Assembly (NCBI GenBank): GCA_963802695.1
Contig: CAWDJN010000008.1
Span: 13,778 to 77,777, forward strand
Direction of reading: 5' to 3'
Length of the DNA: 64,000 nucleotides
Source: an uncultured Acidobacteriaceae bacterium
GTDB lineage: Bacteria > Acidobacteriota > Terriglobia > Terriglobales > Acidobacteriaceae
Shown here: piece by piece, positions 38,840 through 48,082 of the stretch
Numbering within the stretch: position 1 is the first letter of the stretch
Layout: each line of letters opens with the position of its first letter
Made by a program: the position numbers and the translations under genes
Notes under the pieces: model-generated
Told to the model about the DNA's origin: nothing
The model's input: the letters and a program-made list of their open reading frames with translations, nothing else
The model's database searches: none

Positions 38840-39361
38840 TTATGGTTGGGGAGCGGTGAGGCCGGCGGCGGTTAGGACGCGCTCGTCGAGGGCGATGAAG
38901 AGGCCTTTGCTGCGGGCAAGGACGGTGCCGTCGGGGCGTTGGAGTTCGGCCTGGTGAAAGATTTTGCGGTCGGGGGAGCCGTCGGGTCTGATGGCGCGGT
39001 TGAGATGGCGGGCTACGAGGACCAGTGGGTGGTAGAGGGGCGCGGGTTTGAAGTAGTCGACCTCCATGTGACGGGTCATGGCGATGACGTTGAGGGGGCG
39101 GTTGAGCTTGCTCATGGCTTCGTCTAGGAGTGCGGCGACGATACCGCCGTGTATGTGGCCGGGTGGGCCTTCGTGCATGCGGTCGAGCTGGATGTGCGCG
39201 GTGGCGGTGATGAATTCGGGGTTGGAGGTTTCGGTGGTGAAGACGAGATGGAGGCCCTGGGGGTTGGCGGGGCCGCAGCCGAAGCAGTGGTTGGCTCGCT
39301 CGTCGATGGTGCGAGGTTCCATGGAGTCTGGGGTGTGGCGGGTGGTGTCGGGTTTATGCAT
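38840..39361 (-). CDS. PaaI-family thioesterase
   Basis: CFGCGPANPQGL, HGGIVAALLDE. Confidence 0.88.
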   Translation of the reverse strand: MHKPDTTRHTPDSMEPRTIDERANHCFGCGPANPQGLHLVFTTETSNPEFITATAHIQLDRMHEGPPGHIHGGIVAALLDEAMSKLNRPLNVIAMTRHMEVDYFKPAPLYHPLVLVARHLNRAIRPDGSPDRKIFHQAELQRPDGTVLARSKGLFIALDERVLTAAGLTAPQP

Positions 39362-39430
39362 GGCTTCGTGGTTGCACGTTAGCACAATGCGGGTGGAAAT
39401 GAATAGTGATTCATTTTTCGCGGTGGGGCC

Positions 39431-42181
39431 CTAGGATGTGCAGATTTCGAGGATGCCAGGGCCGAATTTTTCTATTTTGTCCTGGCCGAGGCCCTCGATG
39501 GATTTGAGTTGCGTCAGGTTTTGCGGCCGGGCGAGGACGATGTTGCGGAGGGTTGTCGAGGCGAGGACGAAGAAGAGAGGGAGGTTGAGTCTTTCGGATT
39601 CGGCCTGGCGCCAGGCGCGGAGGCGCTGGTCGAGGGCTTGTTGGTCGGGGGTCAGGGTCTCGGTGGGTGGGGCTAAAGAGCGCGGACGGGCATCGGGGAC
39701 TGCAGAGTTGATGGTGATGTGCCCTGCTGCTCCTTCGCCAGGGCCAGTTCGAAACCGCAGGGGAGGCGTTGCGCGTGGTGCAGATTCTGGCTCGTACTCT
39801 TCAATTCTTGTGTGATCTATTCGGGACCTTGTCTTAGGAGTGATCGCAGACGATTTTGGTTTCGAACTGAGAGCAAAAAGCGTCTCGGGCTTAGTTGTGG
39901 GTTGAGTGCCGCGGCAGATGGCGATGATGTCGGCGCCGTAGCGGTCGATTTTGTCGGGGCCTATGCCGGAGATGGTCTTGAGATGCGGAATGGATTGGGG
40001 GCACAGAAGGACAATGCTGCGAAAAGTCGAGGAGTTCAGAACAAAGAACTGTGGAAGGCCAAGCTTTTCGGATTCGGCTTTGCGCCACTCGCGGAGACGC
40101 TGGTCGAGGGCTTGCTGCTCGGGGGTGAGGGATTCGGTGGGTTCGGGAGACCGGGGGCGGGTGTAGGTTTGGGCTGCGGACGTTTTGGTACTGCCGTTGG
40201 CAAAATGCGGGGGTCTCTCCACTGCGGCGGCAAAAGACGCCGCTTTCGGTCGAGATGACGCATCTTTGAGTAGATTGCCAGAATTAGTGCGTGGTGAATC
40301 GACGCCCCGGGGTTCACCCCGAGGCGCGCGGGCATTAGTGCCAAGGGCACGTGGATTGGTCCCTGATGCCCCAGTTCCAACGCGCTTCCGCGTTCGGGTG
40401 GAGTTGGTGGCGGGCTGGATGTCTTTGAGGAGGAGGTCGGGTGGGAGGGGGCCGGTGAGGGTGTGGCCTTCGTGAGTGAGGGAGGCTTTTTTGAAGGTGA
40501 TCAGGTTGCCTTCAGGGTTGGTCCATTGTTCCAGGTTCAATGTGATGAGGCCGGCGCGGGTGAGGGCGTCGAGGAGGTTGTCGAAGATTTTGCGGTCGGC
40601 GGCGGGAGTGTTGCGCAGAGCGGTGTTGGAGAGCTCGGTGTGGAGCTTGCCAGTGGAACGGGATTGACCCGGGGAGTTTTCGAGGGTGCGGAGGATGGCG
40701 TGGAGTTGGCGGTCCTCTTCTTCGGAGGGTGGGCGGAAGGTCTGGGCGGTGGTCGTGGTGGGCGAACAGAAGTCGCAGTGGCCGCAGGGTCGGAGGCCGT
40801 CGGCGGTGTCTCCAAAGTGCTGGATGAGCGCGGCCATTCGGCATTGCTGGGTTTCGGCGAATTGCACCATGCGGTCGATCTGATTGCGACGGAAGGCGAG
40901 TTGATCGTCGTAGCCTTTGCGCCATGCGGCGCGCGTGGGGGCGTCTTCGGTGGCGCGGACGTTGCCTGCCATGTCGATGGTGGCGGCGCCCTGGGCGATG
41001 AGTTTTTCCACTGCCTTGTCGAAGGTCTCGGCGTCCATCTTGAGACGTTGACGGAGCAGGTCGGGCATTTGATAGTCACTGGTTAGCAATGCTGCGACCC
41101 GCGTGAGCTCGGTGATGGCGGGGTAGTCGCGCTCGAGGAAGAAGTCGTGCATCTTGCGGTCGGCGAAGGAGTGGAGGAGGACGGTGCGAGAGGGTTGGCC
41201 ATCGCGTCCGGCGCGGCCGATCTCCTGGTAGTACTGTTCGACGGAGCCGGGGAGGGCGGTGTGGACGACGGTGCGGACGTCGGCTTTGTCGATGCCCATG
41301 CCGAAGGCTATGGTAGCGACGACTACTTCTAATTTACCCGTGAGGAATTGCCGCTGGACGCGCTCGCGTGTGGCGGGGTCGAGGCCGGCGTGATAGGCCG
41401 CGCCGCTGCTGCCTAACGTGGAGGCTAGTTCCTCGGCGGATTTGCGTGACGGGGCGTAGACGATGGCGGGGCGGTTGGATTTTTCTTTGAGGAGTTTGGT
41501 GGTGAACTCGTTGCGGCGGGGTTTGGAGAGCTCGACGACTTCGATGGCGAGGTTGTGGCGGCGGAAGCCGTGGATGAAGAGTTTGGGTTGTTCGAGTTGG
41601 AGTTGCGTGATGATGTCTTTTTGGACTGTTGGCGTGGCCGTTGCTGTGAGGGCTATGACTGGCGCGGGTCGGAGGGCGGGAAGGAAGTCGCCGAGGGTGC
41701 GGTAGTCGGGCCGAAAGTCGTGGCCCCAGGCAGAGATGCAGTGGGCTTCGTCGATGGCGATGAGGGATGGTTTGCGGCGGGCGAGCATGGCGGGGAAGTT
41801 GGGGACGCGCATGCGCTCGGGTGCGATGAAGAGGAACTGGAGAGTGCCATCGAGGTAGTCGCGGCAGGCCTGGCGGGCTTCATCGCGCGAGAGGCCGGAG
41901 TGGATGCGGGCTACGCGAAGGCCGAGGGCGGTGAGTTTTGTGGCCTGGTCGTCCATGAGGGCGATGAGTGGGGAGATGACGAGCGCGGTGCCTCCGCGGG
42001 CGATGGCGGGGAGTTGGTAGCAGAGGGACTTTCCTGCTCCGGTGGGCATGACGAGCAGGACGTCGCGACCGTCGGTTGCGGCTCGGCAGACGGCTTGCTG
42101 GTTGGCTCGGAATTCTTTGAAGCCGAAGGTCTGGTGGAGGAGGGAGGTGAGGTCAGCGGAGTTCATGAGTCCTGCGTTCAT
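39431..42181 (-). CDS. recQ: RecQ-family DNA helicase with two HRDC domains
   Basis: PTGAGKSLCYQ, DEAHCIS.WGHDFRP, TATA, QEIGRAGRDG, Zn motif CR...CGHCDFC. Confidence 0.93.
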   Translation of the reverse strand: MNAGLMNSADLTSLLHQTFGFKEFRANQQAVCRAATDGRDVLLVMPTGAGKSLCYQLPAIARGGTALVISPLIALMDDQATKLTALGLRVARIHSGLSRDEARQACRDYLDGTLQFLFIAPERMRVPNFPAMLARRKPSLIAIDEAHCISAWGHDFRPDYRTLGDFLPALRPAPVIALTATATPTVQKDIITQLQLEQPKLFIHGFRRHNLAIEVVELSKPRRNEFTTKLLKEKSNRPAIVYAPSRKSAEELASTLGSSGAAYHAGLDPATRERVQRQFLTGKLEVVVATIAFGMGIDKADVRTVVHTALPGSVEQYYQEIGRAGRDGQPSRTVLLHSFADRKMHDFFLERDYPAITELTRVAALLTSDYQMPDLLRQRLKMDAETFDKAVEKLIAQGAATIDMAGNVRATEDAPTRAAWRKGYDDQLAFRRNQIDRMVQFAETQQCRMAALIQHFGDTADGLRPCGHCDFCSPTTTTAQTFRPPSEEEDRQLHAILRTLENSPGQSRSTGKLHTELSNTALRNTPAADRKIFDNLLDALTRAGLITLNLEQWTNPEGNLITFKKASLTHEGHTLTGPLPPDLLLKDIQPATNSTRTRKRVGTGASGTNPRALGTNARAPRGEPRGVDSPRTNSGNLLKDASSRPKAASFAAAVERPPHFANGSTKTSAAQTYTRPRSPEPTESLTPEQQALDQRLREWRKAESEKLGLPQFFVLNSSTFRSIVLLCPQSIPHLKTISGIGPDKIDRYGADIIAICRGTQPTTKPETLFALSSKPKSSAITPKTRSRIDHTRIEEYEPESAPRATPPLRFRTGPGEGAAGHITINSAVPDARPRSLAPPTETLTPDQQALDQRLRAWRQAESERLNLPLFFVLASTTLRNIVLARPQNLTQLKSIEGLGQDKIEKFGPGILEICTS
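40202..40260 (+). repeat. REP-like element embedded in frame in recQ
   Basis: AAATGCGGGGGTCTCTCCACTGCGGCG-GCAAAAGA-CGCCGCTTTCGGTCGAGATGACG matches the intergenic copy at 36096-36161. Confidence 0.75.
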
Positions 42182-42251
42182 CTTCGCATATTGTTTGCCT
42201 CAGGATGAGGGGGAGGGCTTCGAGGAATAAAAAGAGGTACTTGGGTGGAAC

Positions 42252-42718
42252 TCAGAAAACCTGGAAGTCAACCTCTGCAGTCAGCCAGCACGGCGGACGG
42301 CTTACCTTGAAATCTGGCCGGCTCGAAGCGGTACTGTCTGACGGCATCGAGTGCCTTTTCGTCGAGGCTCGCCGCTGCGTCGCGATCTTTAGTGTTGGTA
42401 AAGCGATCGGCAGCCGACTTCGTGACTCGGGGATCACGGACGGTGCCGTCGGTTGACGATGAACTTCACTGTCGTAGCTCCGGTAAGCTTCCGTTTTGCT
42501 CGACTTCTCGGTGAATTCGGGCTCGACGGAGAATATGAGCTTAGGCGCTGTAACTTCATTGCTGACGTGGTAGATGCCTTGCGAGTCCGGGTTGGGACTC
42601 GACCTCTATTTGCGGAGTGGGGGCGGATGGGAGTGTGGGTTGCTGTTGAGCGGCGACGGCGCGGCTGTCCATCCGGTAGGATGAGTATTGCCGTGCGAAT
42701 CGTGGAGAGAGGGATCAT
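42252..42718 (-). pseudogene. TonB C-terminal domain protein with multiple frameshifts
   Basis: Spliced frames: IYHVSNEVTAPKLIFSVEPEFTE / KLTGATTVKFIV / DGTVRDPRV...LDEKALDAVRQYRFEPARFQGKP / AEVDFQVF*. Confidence 0.75.
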
Positions 42719-42789
42719 GGCGCTGTTCTAGGCTCGATGCGATCTACGAAGAGAGATTAGCATGTTGGTATGCGGTTTGCGCGTTGGGA

Positions 42790-42930
42790 GCGAACAGCGG
42801 ATTTCTTCCATTTCGACTTCTCTTAGGGTGTGAATGACAGACCACAAGGACAAGCAACGACAAAGGCAACCGCAGGTCCTTCGACTCCGTATGTCGCAAA
42901 ATACGCGCCATACTTCGCTCAGGATGACAA
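42790..42930 (+). repeat. Tandem REP-like elements ending in ATGAC
   Basis: ...GGGTGTGAATGAC and GCAACCGCAGGTCCTTCGACTCC...CTTCGCTCAGGATGAC. Confidence 0.7.
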
Positions 42931-43021
42931 GTGTGTGGTTGGGTTATAGATACCTTTTGTAGTACTCGACGGAATCTTTCTGATGGGGTGGTCAATCAGA
43001 TAGGTGGAGATTGGAGGGACT

Positions 43022-43471
43022 ATGTATCTGATTGCGATTTTCGTGGTTGCGGCCTGCGTCCTGATATTTGGCCTAGTGAGGATGCGGCAGTTGCGGCGCC
43101 ATCGGGAACTGGAGCAGCACAGTATTGAGGCGGATGAGCTTCATGCGCTGCTTGAGTTGAGGAAGGATATTGTTGTGGTGGATGTGCGGCAGCCGCTGGA
43201 TCTGTTGGCGCACTCGGAGATTATTCCGGGAGCGGTGAGAGTTCCGCCGAAGGACGTGATGGAACAGGCGGCATTGATTCCGAAGGATCAGGACTCGGTG
43301 CTCTACTGCACTTGTGCCAGTGAGAAGACGAGCCGGATGGTGCTCGAGAATGCGCGGAGGTTGCAGTTCACGCGGATTAAGTTTCTTAAGGGTGGGCTGG
43401 CGGCGTGGAAGGCGAAAGGATATCCCGTGGAGCGGTACGATAAGCCCTTTCATCTGGACACGGTGGTTTAG
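43022..43471 (+). CDS. Membrane-anchored rhodanese-like protein
   Basis: N-terminal TM, VDVR, IPGA, YCTCASEKTS, LKGGLAAW. Confidence 0.85.
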   Translation: MYLIAIFVVAACVLIFGLVRMRQLRRHRELEQHSIEADELHALLELRKDIVVVDVRQPLDLLAHSEIIPGAVRVPPKDVMEQAALIPKDQDSVLYCTCASEKTSRMVLENARRLQFTRIKFLKGGLAAWKAKGYPVERYDKPFHLDTVV

Positions 43472-43477
43472 GACGGC

Positions 43478-43912
43478 TCAGGAGAGCGCGGGGTGTGGTT
43501 TTTTCTTCCATGCGCCGACAATGGCTCCGATGAGCATGAGATCGAAGAGCGCGTAGCCGGCGTTGATGGCGTAGATCTGGAGGGTGCGGACCTCGAAGAT
43601 GTACTCCTTCGCCCAGCCGGTGGCGATGAAGCCGAACCAGATGACGGCGGCGACGATGACACCGCGGCGGGCGGTCTGCTCGCCTGAGGCTTGAATGCAG
43701 ATGCTCAAGACAGTGGCGACGATGACGGAGCAGAGGATTGCGACGGCGTATTGAATGGCGGGATTGAGGCCTGTCGTCGTCAACCATTCCATAGTGCGGC
43801 CGATGCCCTTGAGCCACTCGTTCATGAAGACGCTGAACCAGAGCGCTTCGAAGAGAAACGAGGCGATGGCTGCGACGAGGATCGCTATCCAGTTGAGATG
43901 AAACTTGTTCAT
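43478..43912 (-). CDS. DUF1761-like membrane protein
   Basis: NWIAILVAAIASF...LWF, INAGY; four TM helices. Confidence 0.75.
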   Translation of the reverse strand: MNKFHLNWIAILVAAIASFLFEALWFSVFMNEWLKGIGRTMEWLTTTGLNPAIQYAVAILCSVIVATVLSICIQASGEQTARRGVIVAAVIWFGFIATGWAKEYIFEVRTLQIYAINAGYALFDLMLIGAIVGAWKKKPHPALS

Positions 43913-43978
43913 CCTGCCCTCCGGTATTTTGTCCCGTGTTTGGATGGGAGCATATAGCGAAGGGGAGGGATAAGCAAG

Positions 43979-46177
43979 TCAGGCGGTCATGATTTTGTCG
44001 AGGGTGATGGGAAGGTCGCGGACGCGCTTGCCGGTGGCGTTGTAGATTGCGTTGGCGATGGCGGCGGCGGCCCCGGTGATGCCGATCTCGCCGATGCCGC
44101 GCGCTCCGAGTGGGCTGAATCTGTAATCGGGGATGTCGACGGCGGTGACGTCGATCTGGTGGACGTCGGCGTTGACGGGGACGTGGTACTCGGCGAAGTT
44201 CTCGTTGACGGTGCGACCGTAGACCGGGTCGATGATGGTCTCTTCGTGGAGGGCCATGCCGATGCCCCAGACGACTCCGCCGATTAGCTGGTTGGTGCCG
44301 GTGGTTTTGTTGATGAGGGTGCCGATGTCGTAGGTGCCGACCATCCGGCGGACCTGCACCATGTAGGTGTCGGCGTCGACGGCGACTTCGGCGAAGATGG
44401 CTCCCCAGGAGTGCGAGCTGAATGTGTCGCGGTCTTTTGGCATCTCGGATGTTGCGGTGGCTTCGACCGGAGTATTTCCGTTGCGGGCGATGAGAGTGGT
44501 GATGGGTTCGGATTTTGTTGGGTCGGATTTGAGGAAGATTTTGCCGTCTTTGGTGGCGAGATCTTCGGCCGTGGCTTTGTGGAGCGGAGATTTGGCGTCG
44601 GCTACGGCGAGTTGGGCTAGTTTGAGTTTGGCCTGCGTGGCTGCGTCGTAGACCGCGGGGCAGACGGAGGCTGCGGTTGTGGAGCCTCCGGAGCCGCCTG
44701 AGCGGGGAAGTGTGGTGTCGCCGAGTTTGACGTCGATGAGGGAGGGGTCCATCGCGAGTGTGTCGGCGGCGGTCTGGGCGAGGATGGTGTAGGTTCCGGT
44801 GCCGAGGTCCTGCGTGCCGATGCCGACGAAGACTCGGCCGTTAGGAAGGATGCGGACGACTGCGGAGGAGGGTGCGCGGCCGGCTCCGTAGTTGGCGGTG
44901 GCCATGCCGTAGCCGATGAGCTGATTGCCTTCGCGCACCTGGCCGGGCTTTGGCGTGCGTTTGGACCAGCCGAAGCGGTCGGCGGCCTGGGTGTAGCACT
45001 CGCGGAGGTGCTTGCTGGACCAAGGGTGGCCCTGGCGTGGATCTTTTTCAGCGTAGTTGATGAGGCGGAGCTGGATGGGATCGATGTTGAGTTTTTCGGC
45101 GAGCTCATCGAGGGCGATCTCGAGGCCGACGCTGCCGGTGGCTTCGCCGGGCGCGCGCATCCAGGTGCCCATTCCGAGGTTGAGCTCAACGACGTTGTGT
45201 GTGGTGGAGAGCGATTCGCTGTCGTATAGGAGGGCGGTCTGGCCGGCGGCGCTTTCGATCCAATCGGACATGACCGATACGTAACAGGTGGAGTCGTGTT
45301 GTTGAAGGAGGAGCTTGCCGTCGGCGGAGGCGGCGAGCTTGATGCGCTGGTGAGTGTTCGGGCGGGACCCTACCGGGCCAAACATCTGTTCGCGGCCGAG
45401 GACAAGTTTGACGGGCCGTTGAGCGACCTTCGCAGCCATGGCGGCGAGGATTGTTTGAGACCAGACGTTGCCTTTCGTTCCAAAACCACCACCGGTGTAC
45501 GGACACTCTACCTGGATGTTTGTGGGGGGAATGGAAAAGGCGCGTGCGAGAGATCCTTGAACGCCGGAGATACCTTGAGTGGCGTCGTAGACGTGGAGTT
45601 TGTCTCCATCCCATGTGGCGATGGTGGCGTGCGGTTCCATGGGATTGTGGTTCTGGATGGGTGTCGAGTAGATCTGGTCGATGACGACTGTGGCTTTTGC
45701 GAGTGAGGCGTCGGGATCGCCGCGGCGAGTTGTGCTTGCGCGTTTGGGTGGACGGGCGTTTTTAAGTTCAGCGTCGAAGTTGACTTTGGCTGGCTGCGCT
45801 TTGTATTCGATATTGAGGAGTTTCGCAGCCAGTTCGGCTTCTGGGAGTGAGCGAGCTACGACAACAGCGATGGGTTGGCCGTTGTAGAGGACGTTGGTGT
45901 CCTGGAGGATGTTGACGTTGCCGGGGACGACTAGTTTTGGCGCGTTGAAGGGCGTGATGACGCAGTGGACGCCCGAGGCATGGCTTGCAGCGTCATCGTC
46001 GATAGAGGCGATGGTGCCGGAGGGAATCGTGGCCTGGACCACGTAGGCGTAGGCGACCTTTTCGACAGGGAACTCGGCTGCGTATTTGGCGCGGCCGGTG
46101 ACTTTGAGGAGACCTTCGTAACGGTGATCGAGCTGACGGTTGCTGGCGAAGGGTTGATGATCCATGGTGTCAATCAT
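43979..46177 (-). CDS. Xanthine dehydrogenase-family molybdopterin subunit (PaoC/YagR-like)
   Basis: KVTGRAKY, HNPMEPH, GGGFGTK, MRAPGE, GARGIGEIG. Confidence 0.93.
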   Translation of the reverse strand: MIDTMDHQPFASNRQLDHRYEGLLKVTGRAKYAAEFPVEKVAYAYVVQATIPSGTIASIDDDAASHASGVHCVITPFNAPKLVVPGNVNILQDTNVLYNGQPIAVVVARSLPEAELAAKLLNIEYKAQPAKVNFDAELKNARPPKRASTTRRGDPDASLAKATVVIDQIYSTPIQNHNPMEPHATIATWDGDKLHVYDATQGISGVQGSLARAFSIPPTNIQVECPYTGGGFGTKGNVWSQTILAAMAAKVAQRPVKLVLGREQMFGPVGSRPNTHQRIKLAASADGKLLLQQHDSTCYVSVMSDWIESAAGQTALLYDSESLSTTHNVVELNLGMGTWMRAPGEATGSVGLEIALDELAEKLNIDPIQLRLINYAEKDPRQGHPWSSKHLRECYTQAADRFGWSKRTPKPGQVREGNQLIGYGMATANYGAGRAPSSAVVRILPNGRVFVGIGTQDLGTGTYTILAQTAADTLAMDPSLIDVKLGDTTLPRSGGSGGSTTAASVCPAVYDAATQAKLKLAQLAVADAKSPLHKATAEDLATKDGKIFLKSDPTKSEPITTLIARNGNTPVEATATSEMPKDRDTFSSHSWGAIFAEVAVDADTYMVQVRRMVGTYDIGTLINKTTGTNQLIGGVVWGIGMALHEETIIDPVYGRTVNENFAEYHVPVNADVHQIDVTAVDIPDYRFSPLGARGIGEIGITGAAAAIANAIYNATGKRVRDLPITLDKIMTA

Positions 46178-47163
46178 GCCTGGACTCCTTGTGCGGCGAG
46201 GGTGAGGGCGCGCACGATGCTTTGCCTGGCGAGTTCGATTTTGAAGGCGTTGTCCGAGCGGGGTTCGGCTCCGGCTACGGCAAGGTCGGCGGCTTTTCTG
46301 AAGGCGTCGGGACTGGCGATTGTGCCGACGAGGAACTTTTCAGCTTCGAAGGAGCGCCAGGGTTTGTGAGCGACACCGCCGAGCGCGAGGCCCGCGGACT
46401 GGATAGTGTTGCCGTTCATCTCGAGGCCGGCGGCGACGGAGACTAGAGCGAAGGCATAGCTCTGGCGGTCGCGTACTTTGAGGTAGTAGGAATGTTTGGC
46501 GAACTTCGACGGTGGGAGTTCGACGGCGGTGATGAGTTCGTCGGGCTTGAGGTCGGTGTCGAGTTGCGGAGTGGTGCCGGGAAGACGATGAAAGTCGCCG
46601 ATGGGGATGCTGCGCTTGCCGTTGGGGCCGGTGACGTGAACGGTGGCGTCGAGCGCGGCGAGGGCGACGCTCATGTCGGAGGGATTGACGGCGATGCACT
46701 CGCTGCTTGCGCCGAGGATGGCGTGGATGCGGTTGAAGCCGTGGATGGCAGCACAACCGCTGCCCGGACTGCGCTTGTTGCAGGCGGGGAAGGCGGTGTC
46801 CATGAAGTAGTAGCAGCGGGTGCGCTGCATGAGGTTGCCGCCGGTGGTGGCCATGTTGCGAAGTTGTGCGGAGGCTCCGCTGAGAAGAGCGTGCGATAGC
46901 AGCGGGTAGTTGGTGCGGATGCCTTCGTGGTTGGCGAGGTCGCTGTTGCGGACTCCAGCGCCGATGACTGCGTTGGTGCCATTGACAGCGATCTGGTCAA
47001 ACGGGAGGTGGGTTACGTCGATGAGCGTGGTGGGGTGCTCGACGTTGTACTTCATCAGGTCGACTAAGTTAGTGCCTCCCCCGAGGAATTTTGCTCCGCT
47101 GGCGGAGACGGCTTTAACAGCTTGGTCGGGAGCGGTGGCGCGCTGGTAGCTGAAGGGATTCAT
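46174..47163 (-). CDS. FAD-binding subunit (PaoB/YagS-like)
   Basis: MNPFSY, GGGTNLVDLMK, GASAQLRNMATTGGN, Cys insert (RCYYF...CNKR...GC), KVRDRQSYAFAL. Confidence 0.92.
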   Translation of the reverse strand: MNPFSYQRATAPDQAVKAVSASGAKFLGGGTNLVDLMKYNVEHPTTLIDVTHLPFDQIAVNGTNAVIGAGVRNSDLANHEGIRTNYPLLSHALLSGASAQLRNMATTGGNLMQRTRCYYFMDTAFPACNKRSPGSGCAAIHGFNRIHAILGASSECIAVNPSDMSVALAALDATVHVTGPNGKRSIPIGDFHRLPGTTPQLDTDLKPDELITAVELPPSKFAKHSYYLKVRDRQSYAFALVSVAAGLEMNGNTIQSAGLALGGVAHKPWRSFEAEKFLVGTIASPDAFRKAADLAVAGAEPRSDNAFKIELARQSIVRALTLAAQGVQA

Positions 47164-47897
47164 GCCGTGGCTCCTTTCGATGCGGTGCGGACGGCGGCGA
47201 CGATGTTGGGATAGGCGGCGCAACGACAGATGTTGCCGCTCATGCGCTCGCGGATTTCGTTGTCGGTGAGCTCGGGTTTGGTTGTGTTGCCGGTCTCGAA
47301 GGAGACGGCGCTGAGCGCGCCGTGCTTGTGCTCTTTGAGGAGAGCGACGGCGGAGCAGATCTGGCCGGGTGTGCAGTAGCCGCACTGGAAGGCGTCATGC
47401 TCGAAGAAGGCGGCCTGGACGGGGTGGAGCGTGTCACCTTTGGCGAGGCCTTCGATGGTGGTGATCTCGGCTCCGTCGGCGGTGACGGCGAGGGTGAGGC
47501 AGGAGTTGACGCGGCGGCCGTCGACGAGGACGGTGCAGGCTCCGCACTGGCCGTGATCGCAGCCCTTCTTGCTGCCGGTGAGTGCGAGGTTTTCGCGCAG
47601 CGCATCGAGGAGGCTGGTGCGGGTATCGAGTGTGAGGGCGTGCGGGGCGCCGTTGACCTTGAGGGTGATGCTCATGGTCTGCGGGGTGGTCGCGGCTGCG
47701 GCGTGCCCGTCTTGTGCGGGGGCGAGTTGCGGAAGCCCGGTGGCTACGGCGGCGCTGAGAATGCCTGCGGTTTTGACGAAGGTGCGCCGAGAGAACTCAG
47801 AGTCGGTTAGCGAGTCTGGTTGCTCGGGTTCGTCGGGTTGTTCCGAGGAGGGATCTTCGAGGGAATTTTCGATGTCGATGCAGGTGGGGAAGCTCAT
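47160..47897 (-). CDS. 2Fe-2S subunit with Tat motif (PaoA/YagT-like)
   Basis: SRRTFVK, GCDHGQCGAC, QCGYCTPG, CRC. Confidence 0.92.
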   Translation of the reverse strand: MSFPTCIDIENSLEDPSSEQPDEPEQPDSLTDSEFSRRTFVKTAGILSAAVATGLPQLAPAQDGHAAAATTPQTMSITLKVNGAPHALTLDTRTSLLDALRENLALTGSKKGCDHGQCGACTVLVDGRRVNSCLTLAVTADGAEITTIEGLAKGDTLHPVQAAFFEHDAFQCGYCTPGQICSAVALLKEHKHGALSAVSFETGNTTKPELTDNEIRERMSGNICRCAAYPNIVAAVRTASKGATA

Positions 47898-48082
47898 GGT
47901 CGAACCTCAAAACGGGTTGATGATGCGAGAAAGAAATCGTACCGAGCAAGTATACGTAGACGAACCTACATAGCGAAAAGACGCACGCAAAAAAGTAGAA
48001 AATACGGGCGTTTTCGGGGATATGATGGTCGCATCCGCAAACAAGTTTTCCAAAATTTTAACAACGAATTTGAGGAGAGGGA

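Noticed and set aside
47164-47385. Extension of the FAD subunit ORF
   Set aside because: Overlaps the 2Fe-2S gene; ATGA coupling supports a start at 47163
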